Source: Candidatus Kerfeldbacteria bacterium (lineage in GTDB: Bacteria > Patescibacteriota > Patescibacteriia > UBA9570 > XYC2-FULL-38-9). Taken from it: 64,000 nt of DNA. The position numbers and the translations under genes were made by a program. The notes beneath the pieces were generated by a model. The model was not told where the DNA came from. It searched no databases and worked only from the letters and a program-made list of their open reading frames with translations. The DNA lies in assembly GCA_043813585.1 (NCBI GenBank), contig JBDRKW010000005.1:3409-67408 (forward strand), written 5' to 3'. Shown here in pieces: positions 54,876 to 63,926 of this stretch; position 1 is the first letter of the stretch; every line of letters begins with the position of its first letter.

Positions 54876-55934
54876 ATGACCCAGTCGAAAGCGTATTCGG
54901 ATGCCGGCGTGGACATCGACGCGGGCGAGAGGTTCGCCGACATGATCAAGGCGCTGGTGGCCAAGGCCTGGGGGAGCGGCGACGAGATCGGCGGGTTCGC
55001 CGGCGGCGGACCGATCCCCCTCAAGGTCAGGAAGGTCGCGGGGTCGGTGGACGGCACCGGCACCAAGGCCATCCTCGCCGCGCTCGCCAACAACCACGAC
55101 GGCATCGGCATCGACGCGGTGGCGATGGGTGCGGTGGACATGTACGTGGCCGGCTACAGCCCCGCGTTCGCCCTGGACGTGCTGAACGTGGCCGCGCTGG
55201 TCCCGAACCGGCACATCCAGGTGATCGAGAGCGTCATCCGCGGCTGCCAGATGTGCGGCTGCCGGCTGATCGGAGGCGAGACGGCCGAACTGCCCGACAT
55301 GTTCCCGGCCAACTGGATGTTCAACCTCGACGTCACGGTCATCGGTTTCGACAACCCGGACGCGGGCGAGGCGCTGCCGGTGGAGCCGGGCCAGCTGGTG
55401 CTCGGCTGGAACTCGAACGGCGTGGCGAGCAACGGCTTCTCGCTCGTGCGCAAGATCTTCGGTTTCAAGGGGCCGGACTGGAGACCGGTCAGGGAAATGC
55501 TCGCGTGCGAGTACGACCAGCTGGACGGAGAGCCGATCTCCAGGCACCTCCTGCGGCCGACCCCTATCTGGATCCCCAACGTGGAGACGCAGAAGCTCCG
55601 CGGCGTCGAGTTCAGCCGGCACGCCCACATCACCGGCGGCGGCCTGCCCGGCAATATCCCGCGCATCCTCCCGCCCCACTGCAGGGTGATGCTCGACCGC
55701 AGCGCATGGACGCGGCCGCCCATCTTCCGGCTCATCCAGGACCGGGGAGGCCTGGCGGACGAAGAGATGGACCCGGTGTTCAACCAGGGCATCATGATGG
55801 TCAGCCTGGTCCCCAGGGACGGAGTGCAGTGCAACGACCCCAACGCCCGGGTGATCGGCATGGTCCAGCACCGGGAGGGCAACGAGCCGCAGGTCAAGCT
55901 GGTCAACCGCTTCCCTGACGATTGCGGCGACTGA
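54876..55934 (+). CDS. PurM-like protein (AIR synthase family), GC/GC3-rich (candidate acquired gene E)
   Basis: AYSDAGVDIDAGERFADMIK and GGFAGG... match PurM N-terminal motifs. AAAGGAG RBS. Confidence 0.7.
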   Translation: MTQSKAYSDAGVDIDAGERFADMIKALVAKAWGSGDEIGGFAGGGPIPLKVRKVAGSVDGTGTKAILAALANNHDGIGIDAVAMGAVDMYVAGYSPAFALDVLNVAALVPNRHIQVIESVIRGCQMCGCRLIGGETAELPDMFPANWMFNLDVTVIGFDNPDAGEALPVEPGQLVLGWNSNGVASNGFSLVRKIFGFKGPDWRPVREMLACEYDQLDGEPISRHLLRPTPIWIPNVETQKLRGVEFSRHAHITGGGLPGNIPRILPPHCRVMLDRSAWTRPPIFRLIQDRGGLADEEMDPVFNQGIMMVSLVPRDGVQCNDPNARVIGMVQHREGNEPQVKLVNRFPDDCGD

Positions 55935-56023
55935 CACGCAGAACAACAACACCGCCAAGGGGCGGCAGACACAAACCGACCTGCAGCACACGGCTCAGGC
56001 GGTTCTTTTTTTACGGAAAACCC

Positions 56024-56052
56024 TTGTAAAACGGGGATAGAGCCCGTACAAT
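56024..56052 (+). promoter_or_regulatory. Promoter TTGTAA-17-TACAAT ending 8 nt before the ATG at 56061 (leaderless)
   Basis: -35 at 56024-56029 and -10 at 56047-56052. Confidence 0.5.
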
Positions 56053-56060
56053 GCAACAGT

Positions 56061-58043
56061 ATGAGTGAAGTGCATAAACAGCTTTCCGCCTTCCGACGGT
56101 TTCCCTATGCCATGGGCGTGATTATGCTCGCCGGTCTGGCGTATTGCGTGCTGGCGTTCGGCATAACGTTTTTGGGCGATGACTGGCGGTATCTGTATGA
56201 ACTATCCAGCGCGGCCCGCCTGCTGCAGTTTGTAACAGACCCATTTGTGACGTCGTTTGCCTGGCGGCCGCTTACCGACCTGGTCTGGGTAATTGATTAT
56301 TCGGTTTGGGGAAGCTGGGCGCCCGGCTACCACCTGACAAACCTCCTGATTTTTTTTGCCACGACCTACCTGTTGTTCGCGATCATCAACCAGATCGCGA
56401 CAAAGCGCATCGCCGTGTACGCGGCCATGCTTTTTTTCATTATGCCGACGCACTGGGAGAATATCATCTGGCTCGCCGGCCGCACCGACACGCTCGCGAT
56501 CCTGTTTGCGCTCGCATCGATCCTGCTGTTCATTTTTTACCGGCAACATAAATCCTGGTGGCTGATTGCGCTGTCGCTTTTAGCATTTGCACTGTCCTTG
56601 CTCGCGAAAGAATCAGCCGTGCTCACGCCGGCGGGTATTCTTCTGGTTGATATCCTGTTTCTTGGACAGAAAAAAGAAAAGGGAAATCAGCAAAACGTCA
56701 GCACCATGCTGAAGCGTGCAGCCAAACAGTACTGGAGTTACATCGCGTTTGGATTCCTTGTCCTGGGATTATTGTTCGCGCGTTCGCTCATCATCGGGGA
56801 CGTCATTGCGAAGGATTCTTCGTTCATAAACTCCATTGCGCTGCTGCCGACGTTCGAAACGATCCGCCTTGTCATCAGCCTGTCCACGCTGCAGCTCAAC
56901 TTTTCAATATTGAATGACGTTTCCGAGTGGTTCCGTTCGTTGTGGGGCGGTGCGCATAACTGGATCGTCTTTGCCTACCTCGGTATCATCCTCCTCCTGC
57001 AGATCCGCTCATGGAAGCAGCGGCAGTTCTGGCGCCTTATCCTGCTCGGCGTCGCAGTTATGGTGCTGTATATTGCGCCGGTCCATTTCTTGCTCGAAAA
57101 CATCACCACCGAACTCAAACACATCCGTTTTTTTTACGCGTACTCCATCGGTGACGCTATTTTCCTCGGTGCGCTGCTCGGGTATGAGACCGTGCGCCAG
57201 GAAGGAGCGAAATACCTGGTACGGATCGGACTGTTTGCCATCACGGCGTTTTTCATCTTTGGTTCTGTGATCAATTTTATCCCCTGGAAGAATGCCAGCG
57301 ACCAGAGCCATGTGGTCATCAACCAGCTGGGCGTGCAATACCCCAACCTTGTTGTCGCCCAAGAGCCGCAGACAGTGTACGTTATCAGCACGCCGGGCGA
57401 GATGCAGGGCGCCTACATGTTCCACGACTACCTGAGCCTGCACCAGGCCATGGCGATGAACTACGGCAACCCAAACCTCGAGGTCTTTGCCGTGGGCGCG
57501 CATGCGTTCGAACCCGCGCCGTTCTGCGGCGACAGTGAACGCACGGTAACGGTCCTTAAATGGCACAAGAAGAAATACACCGACGAGCAGTATCTTGCAG
57601 ACCAGTGGGGGGAGGATCCGGGCGATACGGCGCGCTCGTTTACCGGATACAATGAAATCATGAAGTCGGGCTGGTTTGTGCAGGATGCGGAGATTATCAG
57701 CGACGAAGGCCGGCTGCGACTGACGAACCTTGGCGAAACGCCTCGCCTGTACTACAATCTGCCGGACGGATCGTTTGCCCGCGACTGGCGCAATGCCGTC
57801 ATTTCCATGCAGGACGAGAACGGCGATCCGGTCGAGCGGTCGGCGTTTATCTGGCGGCCGGCAAAAGCGGAATCGTTCAGCCAGTTCAGCCGCATCGAAC
57901 TGCCGGAAGACACGGACGCGCAGCTGCGCCTGTGCGCCTACCCAAACTGGATTATCGGGGGAAAGCTGAACGCAATCGCGTTCCAGTTCCCCTCACATTA
58001 TGGCCATGACATCATCATCAACACCATCAGCTTCACACGATAA
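56061..58043 (+). CDS. Large GT-C-type membrane glycosyltransferase-like protein (ArnT/PMT-like)
   Basis: About 12 N-terminal TM segments with an early D-x-Y loop (FVTDPFVTSFAWRPLTDLVWVIDYSVWG) and a C-terminal soluble domain. Confidence 0.4.
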   Translation: MSEVHKQLSAFRRFPYAMGVIMLAGLAYCVLAFGITFLGDDWRYLYELSSAARLLQFVTDPFVTSFAWRPLTDLVWVIDYSVWGSWAPGYHLTNLLIFFATTYLLFAIINQIATKRIAVYAAMLFFIMPTHWENIIWLAGRTDTLAILFALASILLFIFYRQHKSWWLIALSLLAFALSLLAKESAVLTPAGILLVDILFLGQKKEKGNQQNVSTMLKRAAKQYWSYIAFGFLVLGLLFARSLIIGDVIAKDSSFINSIALLPTFETIRLVISLSTLQLNFSILNDVSEWFRSLWGGAHNWIVFAYLGIILLLQIRSWKQRQFWRLILLGVAVMVLYIAPVHFLLENITTELKHIRFFYAYSIGDAIFLGALLGYETVRQEGAKYLVRIGLFAITAFFIFGSVINFIPWKNASDQSHVVINQLGVQYPNLVVAQEPQTVYVISTPGEMQGAYMFHDYLSLHQAMAMNYGNPNLEVFAVGAHAFEPAPFCGDSERTVTVLKWHKKKYTDEQYLADQWGEDPGDTARSFTGYNEIMKSGWFVQDAEIISDEGRLRLTNLGETPRLYYNLPDGSFARDWRNAVISMQDENGDPVERSAFIWRPAKAESFSQFSRIELPEDTDAQLRLCAYPNWIIGGKLNAIAFQFPSHYGHDIIINTISFTR

Positions 58044-58053
58044 AAAGCCGGCA

Positions 58054-59085
58054 ATGCTCCTGTCGCTATCCGTCGCCAAGGCGGTCGGCATTGTTTTGAT
58101 TATTGTCGCGCACACCGACCAGGTGTTCGGGTTTTCCGACAGCTTTGATACGTCCTTGTTTTCGTATCATCTACTGGAGCGGCTGCTTCATGTCATCGGC
58201 CACTACGGCGTGTCGCTGTTTCTGGTGGCATCCGGCTTTGGGCTGACCTATTCCCTCTGCAGGAAAGGCGCAACAGTCACCCTGGGCTGGTACCTGAAGC
58301 GGTTTATGCGCATCTACCTCCTGTTCTGGGTGAGCTACGCGTTCTTTATTGCGCTTTTTTCCATAACGAAAGGCTCACTCGGCATCTCGGGAAGGGAATT
58401 CGTGTTTACGCTGCTCGGCATTCAGGCATTTTTCGGATACTGGGGCGGCCATGTCAACGGCGTGTACTGGTTCAACACGCTGATCCTGTCGCTGTATGCC
58501 GTGTTCCCCCTGCTGTTCTGGTTTTTGCGCACCCCGCGGTGGTGGAAGATGGCGCTGCTGCTGGCGATCAGCATTGGCGCGGGCATTATCATCATTGATC
58601 ATGACTTGCAGGCATTCCGGTACCTGTTCATTGACCGCCTGTTTGAGTTCGGGTCGGGGATCGCGCTTGCAGTCCTCTACCATGCGCGCGGGAAACTGTT
58701 AAATACAGCAGCTTCCGGATGGCTCTTTCTCGCCGCCGCCGCCGCGGTCTTTGCCGCGTACCTCTGCTTCCTGAACGACGCCGCAACCGTGGCGCTGGTT
58801 GTCCTCTCCGGACCGTTGCTGTTTATCGCGCTCTTCCAGCTGGTCAGGCTGGTCAGTGAGGCGTCGCTTACCGCACGCGCCGTCATATTGCTTGAACGCT
58901 ACGCGCATGCGCTGTTTCTCTTCCACCTGCCGCTGTTGTCGCTCCTCTGGAAAAACGTGCCGGGGCCAAAAGTGGAATTTTTACTGGTGTACGCAACGGC
59001 AATTGCCGTTGTTTCCATTGCCGGACACCATCTTTCCGGCTGGATTATTGAAAAAGCGTTCCGCTCCGTAAAAAGGCCGAGTTGA
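58054..59085 (+). CDS. Acyltransferase family 3 (OafA-like O-acyltransferase) membrane protein
   Basis: LSVAKAVGIVLIIVAHT is an AT3 N-terminal motif. About 10 TM segments. Confidence 0.55.
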   Translation: MLLSLSVAKAVGIVLIIVAHTDQVFGFSDSFDTSLFSYHLLERLLHVIGHYGVSLFLVASGFGLTYSLCRKGATVTLGWYLKRFMRIYLLFWVSYAFFIALFSITKGSLGISGREFVFTLLGIQAFFGYWGGHVNGVYWFNTLILSLYAVFPLLFWFLRTPRWWKMALLLAISIGAGIIIIDHDLQAFRYLFIDRLFEFGSGIALAVLYHARGKLLNTAASGWLFLAAAAAVFAAYLCFLNDAATVALVVLSGPLLFIALFQLVRLVSEASLTARAVILLERYAHALFLFHLPLLSLLWKNVPGPKVEFLLVYATAIAVVSIAGHHLSGWIIEKAFRSVKRPS

Positions 59086-59145
59086 AAGAAAACCGCGAGC
59101 CATTGCGTACTAGTATGATAGGGTGTACGCTCTCGCCAACCCATT

Positions 59146-59721
59146 ATGGAATTTGAACATCTGAAGGAAAAAACCGACGAAGAGCTTGTCGCGCTTGCCA
59201 TCGACTTCCAGGCCGCGTTTTCGACGTTGATCGACCGGTATTCGGACAAGCTGACGTGGTACATCCGGCAGATCACCAATGTCAGCCGCGAGGAAGCGGA
59301 AGATATCCTCCAGGAGACGTTCATCAAGGCCTATACCAACATCAACAGCTTCGACCCGTCGCTGAAATTTTCCAGCTGGATCTACCGTATCGCCCATAAC
59401 GAAGTCATCAGCAACTACCGCAAGCGAAAGGCGCGGCCGCAGGACGATGCCAACGACATTGACGACAAACTCGTCGATTCGCTCGTTGCCGAGGTGGACC
59501 TGGACAAAGAGGTTGACCGCGAATTCTTGCGCAAGCATCTTTTGGACATTCTTGGCGGCATCGACATGAAATACCGCGAGGTCCTGGTGCTCCGCTATTT
59601 CCAGGACCGCAGCTACAAGGAGATATCGGACATCATCAAAAAGCCGGAAGGAACCGTGGCCACGCTCATCAACCGGGCAAAGAAGGAATGCCGCAAGCAG
59701 ATCGAGAAAAAAAGGAAATGA
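59146..59721 (+). CDS. ECF-type RNA polymerase sigma factor (sigma-70 regions 2 and 4)
   Basis: Region 2 (ILQETFIKAYTNINSFDPSLKFSSWIYRIAHNEVISNYRKRK) and region 4 (REVLVLRYFQDRSYKEISDIIKKPEGTVATLINRAKK). Confidence 0.75.
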   Translation: MEFEHLKEKTDEELVALAIDFQAAFSTLIDRYSDKLTWYIRQITNVSREEAEDILQETFIKAYTNINSFDPSLKFSSWIYRIAHNEVISNYRKRKARPQDDANDIDDKLVDSLVAEVDLDKEVDREFLRKHLLDILGGIDMKYREVLVLRYFQDRSYKEISDIIKKPEGTVATLINRAKKECRKQIEKKRK

Positions 59722-59731
59722 TTTCAATACT

Positions 59732-60532
59732 ATGAACAAGACAACCATCAGCCAGGAGGTCCTGAAGCAGATTCAGGAGAAAAAGATAGAGCCAAAGCCG
59801 AAATGGCAGTTTTTGGCCAGGAATTATATGGTGTGGGGAGCGGGCAGCGTCTGCGTTGTGGTTGGCGGGTTGTCGCTGTCGGTGATGGCGCATATGGCGC
59901 GCGTGAGCGACTGGGAGCTCTATGCCAACGCGGACGGGAGCGCACTGACGTTTGCCATTGAAAACATGCCGTACCTCTGGATCGTGGTGATGGTGCTGTT
60001 TATCCTGCTTGCCAACTATAACCTCAAGCATACAAAGAGCGGATATAAGTACCGGCTCGCGTCGGCTGTTGTTGTGGTTATCGGCGCAAGCGTGTTTGTC
60101 GGCGGGATTTTCCATGTCATGAATATCGGACGCGCGCTCGATTCGCTATTCGAAGAGCGGGTGCCGTATTACGCGCAGTTTATGGCGCCGCGGCATGCCG
60201 TTTGGATGAATCCGGAACAGGGGCTGTTGACCGGAAAAATTACGGACGATGCATCAGATGATTCATTCATCATGGTTGATATATACGGCGGCGAGTGGGA
60301 AGTGCTTTTTGAAAAGCCCGAACTGCGGGGCATGGAAATAATCAAAGCAGGGCTGCCGGTGCGCATCATAGGCGAGGCGATTGATGATTATCTTTTTAAG
60401 GCATACATCATCAAAGTGCTTCCGCCGGAACAGCCGTTCGGCCCAAAGGAGAAGTTCTACTACCGGTTCAAGAAAATAAAGAAGGGTGAACCGGTGAGTG
60501 AAAGTTTTTTCGGCAGGCCGCGTACTATCTAG
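59732..60532 (+). CDS. Membrane protein downstream of the ECF sigma gene (possible anti-sigma factor)
   Basis: Four TM segments then a soluble domain. The assignment rests on position only (10 nt after the sigma gene). Confidence 0.3.
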   Translation: MNKTTISQEVLKQIQEKKIEPKPKWQFLARNYMVWGAGSVCVVVGGLSLSVMAHMARVSDWELYANADGSALTFAIENMPYLWIVVMVLFILLANYNLKHTKSGYKYRLASAVVVVIGASVFVGGIFHVMNIGRALDSLFEERVPYYAQFMAPRHAVWMNPEQGLLTGKITDDASDDSFIMVDIYGGEWEVLFEKPELRGMEIIKAGLPVRIIGEAIDDYLFKAYIIKVLPPEQPFGPKEKFYYRFKKIKKGEPVSESFFGRPRTI

Positions 60533-60572
60533 TAGAGGGGCCTCACTCTACTAACAAGTAAGCAACATTTAC

Positions 60573-61184
60573 ATGGAACATACTTCAAAAAAGAAGAATG
60601 CACTCCCGATTGCCATCATGGCATCAGCTATCCTGATTACTGGTGGTATCGCTACAGCATCTTTCGCCGCAAGTGGCGAAGACGGAAGCGGCAACAGCAA
60701 ATTCAAGGAGTCCTTCCGGGCAATAAAAGATGCGCTCGATACCAATGACTATGACACGTGGTCGTCACTCGTGAATGGGCAAATCGATGAGCGGTCAACC
60801 GAGGCGAAAGAGAAGGTTACCGAGGATACCTTCAATACGCTTCAGGAAATAAAACAGCTCAAAGAGGACGGCAAGTTCGAAGAGGCCAAGGAGCTCATGC
60901 AAGAGCTCGGTCCGATGCCCGGAATGCCTGGAAAAGGGCACATGGGGAAGATGCAGGGCATGAAGGGGGAACACCGCGCAGAGATGATGCAGGTGTTCGA
61001 AGACGGGGATTATGAAGCATGGGCTGCGCTTATGCAGGAACGCATGAACAACCGGATGGGCGAGGAAGACATCAGCGAAGATACCTTCAATAAGCTCAAA
61101 GAGGCGCATGACCTGCGCCAGTCCGGCGACTATGACGCGGCGCGCGATATCATGGAAGAGCTCGGCTTCGGCCCTAAGTTCTAA
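60573..61184 (+). CDS. Secreted/anchored protein with internal repeats (GDYDxW ... EDTFNxLxE ... MxELG)
   Basis: N-terminal hydrophobic segment. Two repeat units rich in E/K/M. Followed by terminator agccggc-aagcaac-agccggct plus T6 (61229-61258). Confidence 0.35.
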   Translation: MEHTSKKKNALPIAIMASAILITGGIATASFAASGEDGSGNSKFKESFRAIKDALDTNDYDTWSSLVNGQIDERSTEAKEKVTEDTFNTLQEIKQLKEDGKFEEAKELMQELGPMPGMPGKGHMGKMQGMKGEHRAEMMQVFEDGDYEAWAALMQERMNNRMGEEDISEDTFNKLKEAHDLRQSGDYDAARDIMEELGFGPKF

Positions 61185-61288
61185 CGACAATCCAACAAAG
61201 CGACAACAGGCGATGCAAAAAAGAGCCGGCAAGCAACAGCCGGCTTTTTTGTTTGAGTAAAAAAAGAAGGGCGTTCGGCGGAAACCAC

Positions 61289-62209
61289 CTAGCCCTCGGG
61301 AATCTGGCCTTCGCCAGAGCCCCACACCCCCAGACCGGTTGGGGAGTCCATCCGGAAAATATACAGCTGTTCCAGCGCGTGCGCGAGCGCGAATACCGAC
61401 CTGAAGGTGCGGTCGATGATCTCGCTCACCGTCTCAACCGGCTGTTCAAGCAGCGGCGTGCGCTCGATATGCGCCATCGCGAGCGCCGCATTGATGGTGA
61501 ACCGGTGTCCCGGCAAGAGCAGCAGGTCGATGGTCGACTCGGTCGCGTTTTCCACTTCGTACGCGCTGTGGATGAGGTCTGACTGGAGGATCTGAATGCA
61601 GGATTCCGCAGCCGCCTCGCTGTAGAATTCGCCGGTGAACCCCGCATCTCGGTATGCGCGCCAGTGCCTTCGGGGGTCGAAGTAGCTCATGACGTCCGCC
61701 AGGCAGCACGTCCGGGGGCTTGCCGCCTGATGCGTCTCCAGCACTGTCAGCCACATCCCCAGCGCCGACCATAGGCGGGTGAGCAACGCCACCGACTCCA
61801 GGAAGTCATTGGCAGACATGAGGTTGGCTTGCGACGCAATGACCGCGATCCGCGTATGGTGCGTAGGCTCATAGAGCGACAGCTTGGACTGCTTCATCAC
61901 ATGGAGGATCTTCATAACCTGGATGTGGCCGGTGAGGAAGGTGACCAGGCTGGATTTCTCGAGGTGATTCCAGATGCAGGTACTCTCTTCGGTGGCCACG
62001 CAGAGCTCGGTCGCGATGAAGTCCCGCAGCCATCGAATCGCTGTCACGTCCGCATCCAGGTCCGGCACGTCCGCATAGGTAGTCAGGAACTCGTCGTAGT
62101 CGGCCGCATGACGAAGAGTGTCGATGATGACATTAATTGCATCAGGACAGAGAATGTTTTTCTGTGGCTTCAAAGTGCGCCCTCCCTGTTGTTGTTCGTG
62201 GAACGTCAA
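61289..62209 (-). CDS. Hypothetical protein, moderately GC/GC3-rich (candidate acquired gene G)
   Basis: An ORF with protein-like composition. No recognisable domain. Confidence 0.35.
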   Translation of the reverse strand: MTFHEQQQGGRTLKPQKNILCPDAINVIIDTLRHAADYDEFLTTYADVPDLDADVTAIRWLRDFIATELCVATEESTCIWNHLEKSSLVTFLTGHIQVMKILHVMKQSKLSLYEPTHHTRIAVIASQANLMSANDFLESVALLTRLWSALGMWLTVLETHQAASPRTCCLADVMSYFDPRRHWRAYRDAGFTGEFYSEAAAESCIQILQSDLIHSAYEVENATESTIDLLLLPGHRFTINAALAMAHIERTPLLEQPVETVSEIIDRTFRSVFALAHALEQLYIFRMDSPTGLGVWGSGEGQIPEG

Positions 62210-62287
62210 CTACCATATAGAATTGAGCGCTGCCTGTCAAAAAAGGACATGCGCTTTGCATGCCCTTCTTTTCAACTATTGGTAGTT

Positions 62288-63100
62288 TTACCGGACGCCC
62301 GTAAGGCTTAGCTCCGAAACGCTGCCGCTGCGGGACTGCCAGCCGGCGCCTTCCAAGCCGACGTAATGGATCATTACCGGTTTCGGATCCAGTGTTATAA
62401 GATCGAAATCGTACGAAGTGTACTGTCCTTGTTTGACCTTCACGCCGTTGGTGTCTACCGAGCTGTCTGTAGGATCCGGGTAGTAGAACCCGCGCCAGAA
62501 CATCTGGCCTGCGGCTGACGGGTCTTCACCCAGAAGGTTATGGACCACACCGTCCGCATCCGTGTACGCAACCGCAACCGCCACGGGTGCTTCGCGCCCG
62601 TTCCAGCCGGTGCCGGTGAGCGTCTGGTCATGCGCAGCCACATCAACATGCAGATTCAGTTCGGAAAAACCGGACACGTCCTGTTCCACATCAACCATGA
62701 TCCCGCTTCGGGAATTTGCCTTGACCGCGGCAAAGGTCACTCCTTCGTCATTATAGGTCACTTCGCCTCCGGAATCTGCCGCCTTATACCACACATGTTC
62801 GTACCATCCGCTCGGCTGGCTTGCAAATGAAGCTACTGCCACAAGTTCGATCGTTTGGCCGGAAGTGCCGTTGGCAGCTGTTGTATCATCGACCGTACCA
62901 TCGCCGTCATTATCAACACCGGCTGGGCTGGCAGTGTCAGCTGCTGCATTTGTGTTTGTATTCGTGTCAGTGCCTGTGTCTGCAGGTGTTCGCAGAGCAA
63001 ACCACCAGAGCACGAAGCCGAGTAATAACAGCACAAGAATGACCAGGAGAATCCATAGCCACGATTTTGAGCCGCTTGTTGATTCTTGTTCGTTGTCCAT
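62288..63100 (-). CDS. Membrane-anchored hypothetical protein
   Basis: N-terminal TM segment, a Thr/Asn/Asp-rich linker and a beta-rich C-terminal domain. Confidence 0.4.
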   Translation of the reverse strand: MDNEQESTSGSKSWLWILLVILVLLLLGFVLWWFALRTPADTGTDTNTNTNAAADTASPAGVDNDGDGTVDDTTAANGTSGQTIELVAVASFASQPSGWYEHVWYKAADSGGEVTYNDEGVTFAAVKANSRSGIMVDVEQDVSGFSELNLHVDVAAHDQTLTGTGWNGREAPVAVAVAYTDADGVVHNLLGEDPSAAGQMFWRGFYYPDPTDSSVDTNGVKVKQGQYTSYDFDLITLDPKPVMIHYVGLEGAGWQSRSGSVSELSLTGVR

Positions 63101-63199
63101 AATGAATTGTTAATGATGAACTTCCTTATTATAAGGAAAACCGCGAATTGACACAAAAAAAATATCCCCGCCAGAGCGCAGAGCTCCGGAAGGGTCCTC

Positions 63200-63724
63200 C
63201 TATGCGGCGTTCACCCACGTCACCAGCGAACCCTTGGCCTTGGGGATGCGGATCAGGAACCTCCAGTACTCGCTGAAGTTGTGCTCCGCCGTGAACAGGG
63301 TGAGCCTGCGTTCGTCGTCGACGAAGGTGAGGCAAGGGATCACCAGACCGCCGCTCTTGGTGAGCCAGGGCTCGCACATGATCGCGACCGGGTGCCGCAG
63401 CTGCTCCTCCGGGAACCGGTGCGCGAACGCCATCGCGTCGCCGAAGGACGGCCGCTCGAACTGGTTGGCTGCAAACGCGGTCAGCAGATCGTTGGTGAAC
63501 ATCCACCGACCCGGAGTCACGAGCGCCAGGCGGTACCGCTTGTAGCGCTGCAGAGGATCGCCAATTCCCATCAGAGGGAAGCGACTCTCATTGATGTCCG
63601 GGTCGACGCGGTGGAAGCCGCAGGCGTTCACCGCACGTTCCCACTTGCGCAACGGGTTCCAGTCGGTGCTCATCCGTTCCCCGACGTACAGCGGCCACAA
63701 TGTGCTGTTACCTCTCGCTTGCAT
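63200..63724 (-). CDS. Hypothetical protein, GC/GC3-rich (candidate acquired gene F2)
   Basis: Protein-like in this frame only. Overlaps the upstream 72-aa ORF by 17 nt. Confidence 0.4.
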   Translation of the reverse strand: MQARGNSTLWPLYVGERMSTDWNPLRKWERAVNACGFHRVDPDINESRFPLMGIGDPLQRYKRYRLALVTPGRWMFTNDLLTAFAANQFERPSFGDAMAFAHRFPEEQLRHPVAIMCEPWLTKSGGLVIPCLTFVDDERRLTLFTAEHNFSEYWRFLIRIPKAKGSLVTWVNAA

Positions 63725-63926
63725 GTTCGACCTCCGTCAGCCGAGCTTCGCTCATCTCCTTGCTGCCAAGAACTCTGAGCAGGTCGGCGATATCGAGGAT
63801 TTGCTCGTCCGTCAGCCCGTTGTCGCGCAGTTCCTTGAGGAACGCACGAGCCATCGCCATCTTCCGCACCTGCCAGTTCTTCGGGTTGTCCTCCGTGCCG
63901 GTACTGGTGAACTTGGTATCAAGCAT
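63708..63926 (-). CDS. Small hypothetical protein (72 aa), GC-rich, first gene of a two-gene unit (F1)
   Basis: GGGGG RBS-like stretch immediately upstream. TAGTAT at the window edge. Confidence 0.3.
   Translation of the reverse strand: MLDTKFTSTGTEDNPKNWQVRKMAMARAFLKELRDNGLTDEQILDIADLLRVLGSKEMSEARLTEVEHASER

Noticed and set aside
54531-56056. Large minus-strand ORFs (486 aa, 300 aa) and plus ORF 54746-55918 over the PurM-like region
   Set aside because: These are frame artifacts of GC-rich DNA. The PurM motifs are unambiguous in frame 54876-55934.
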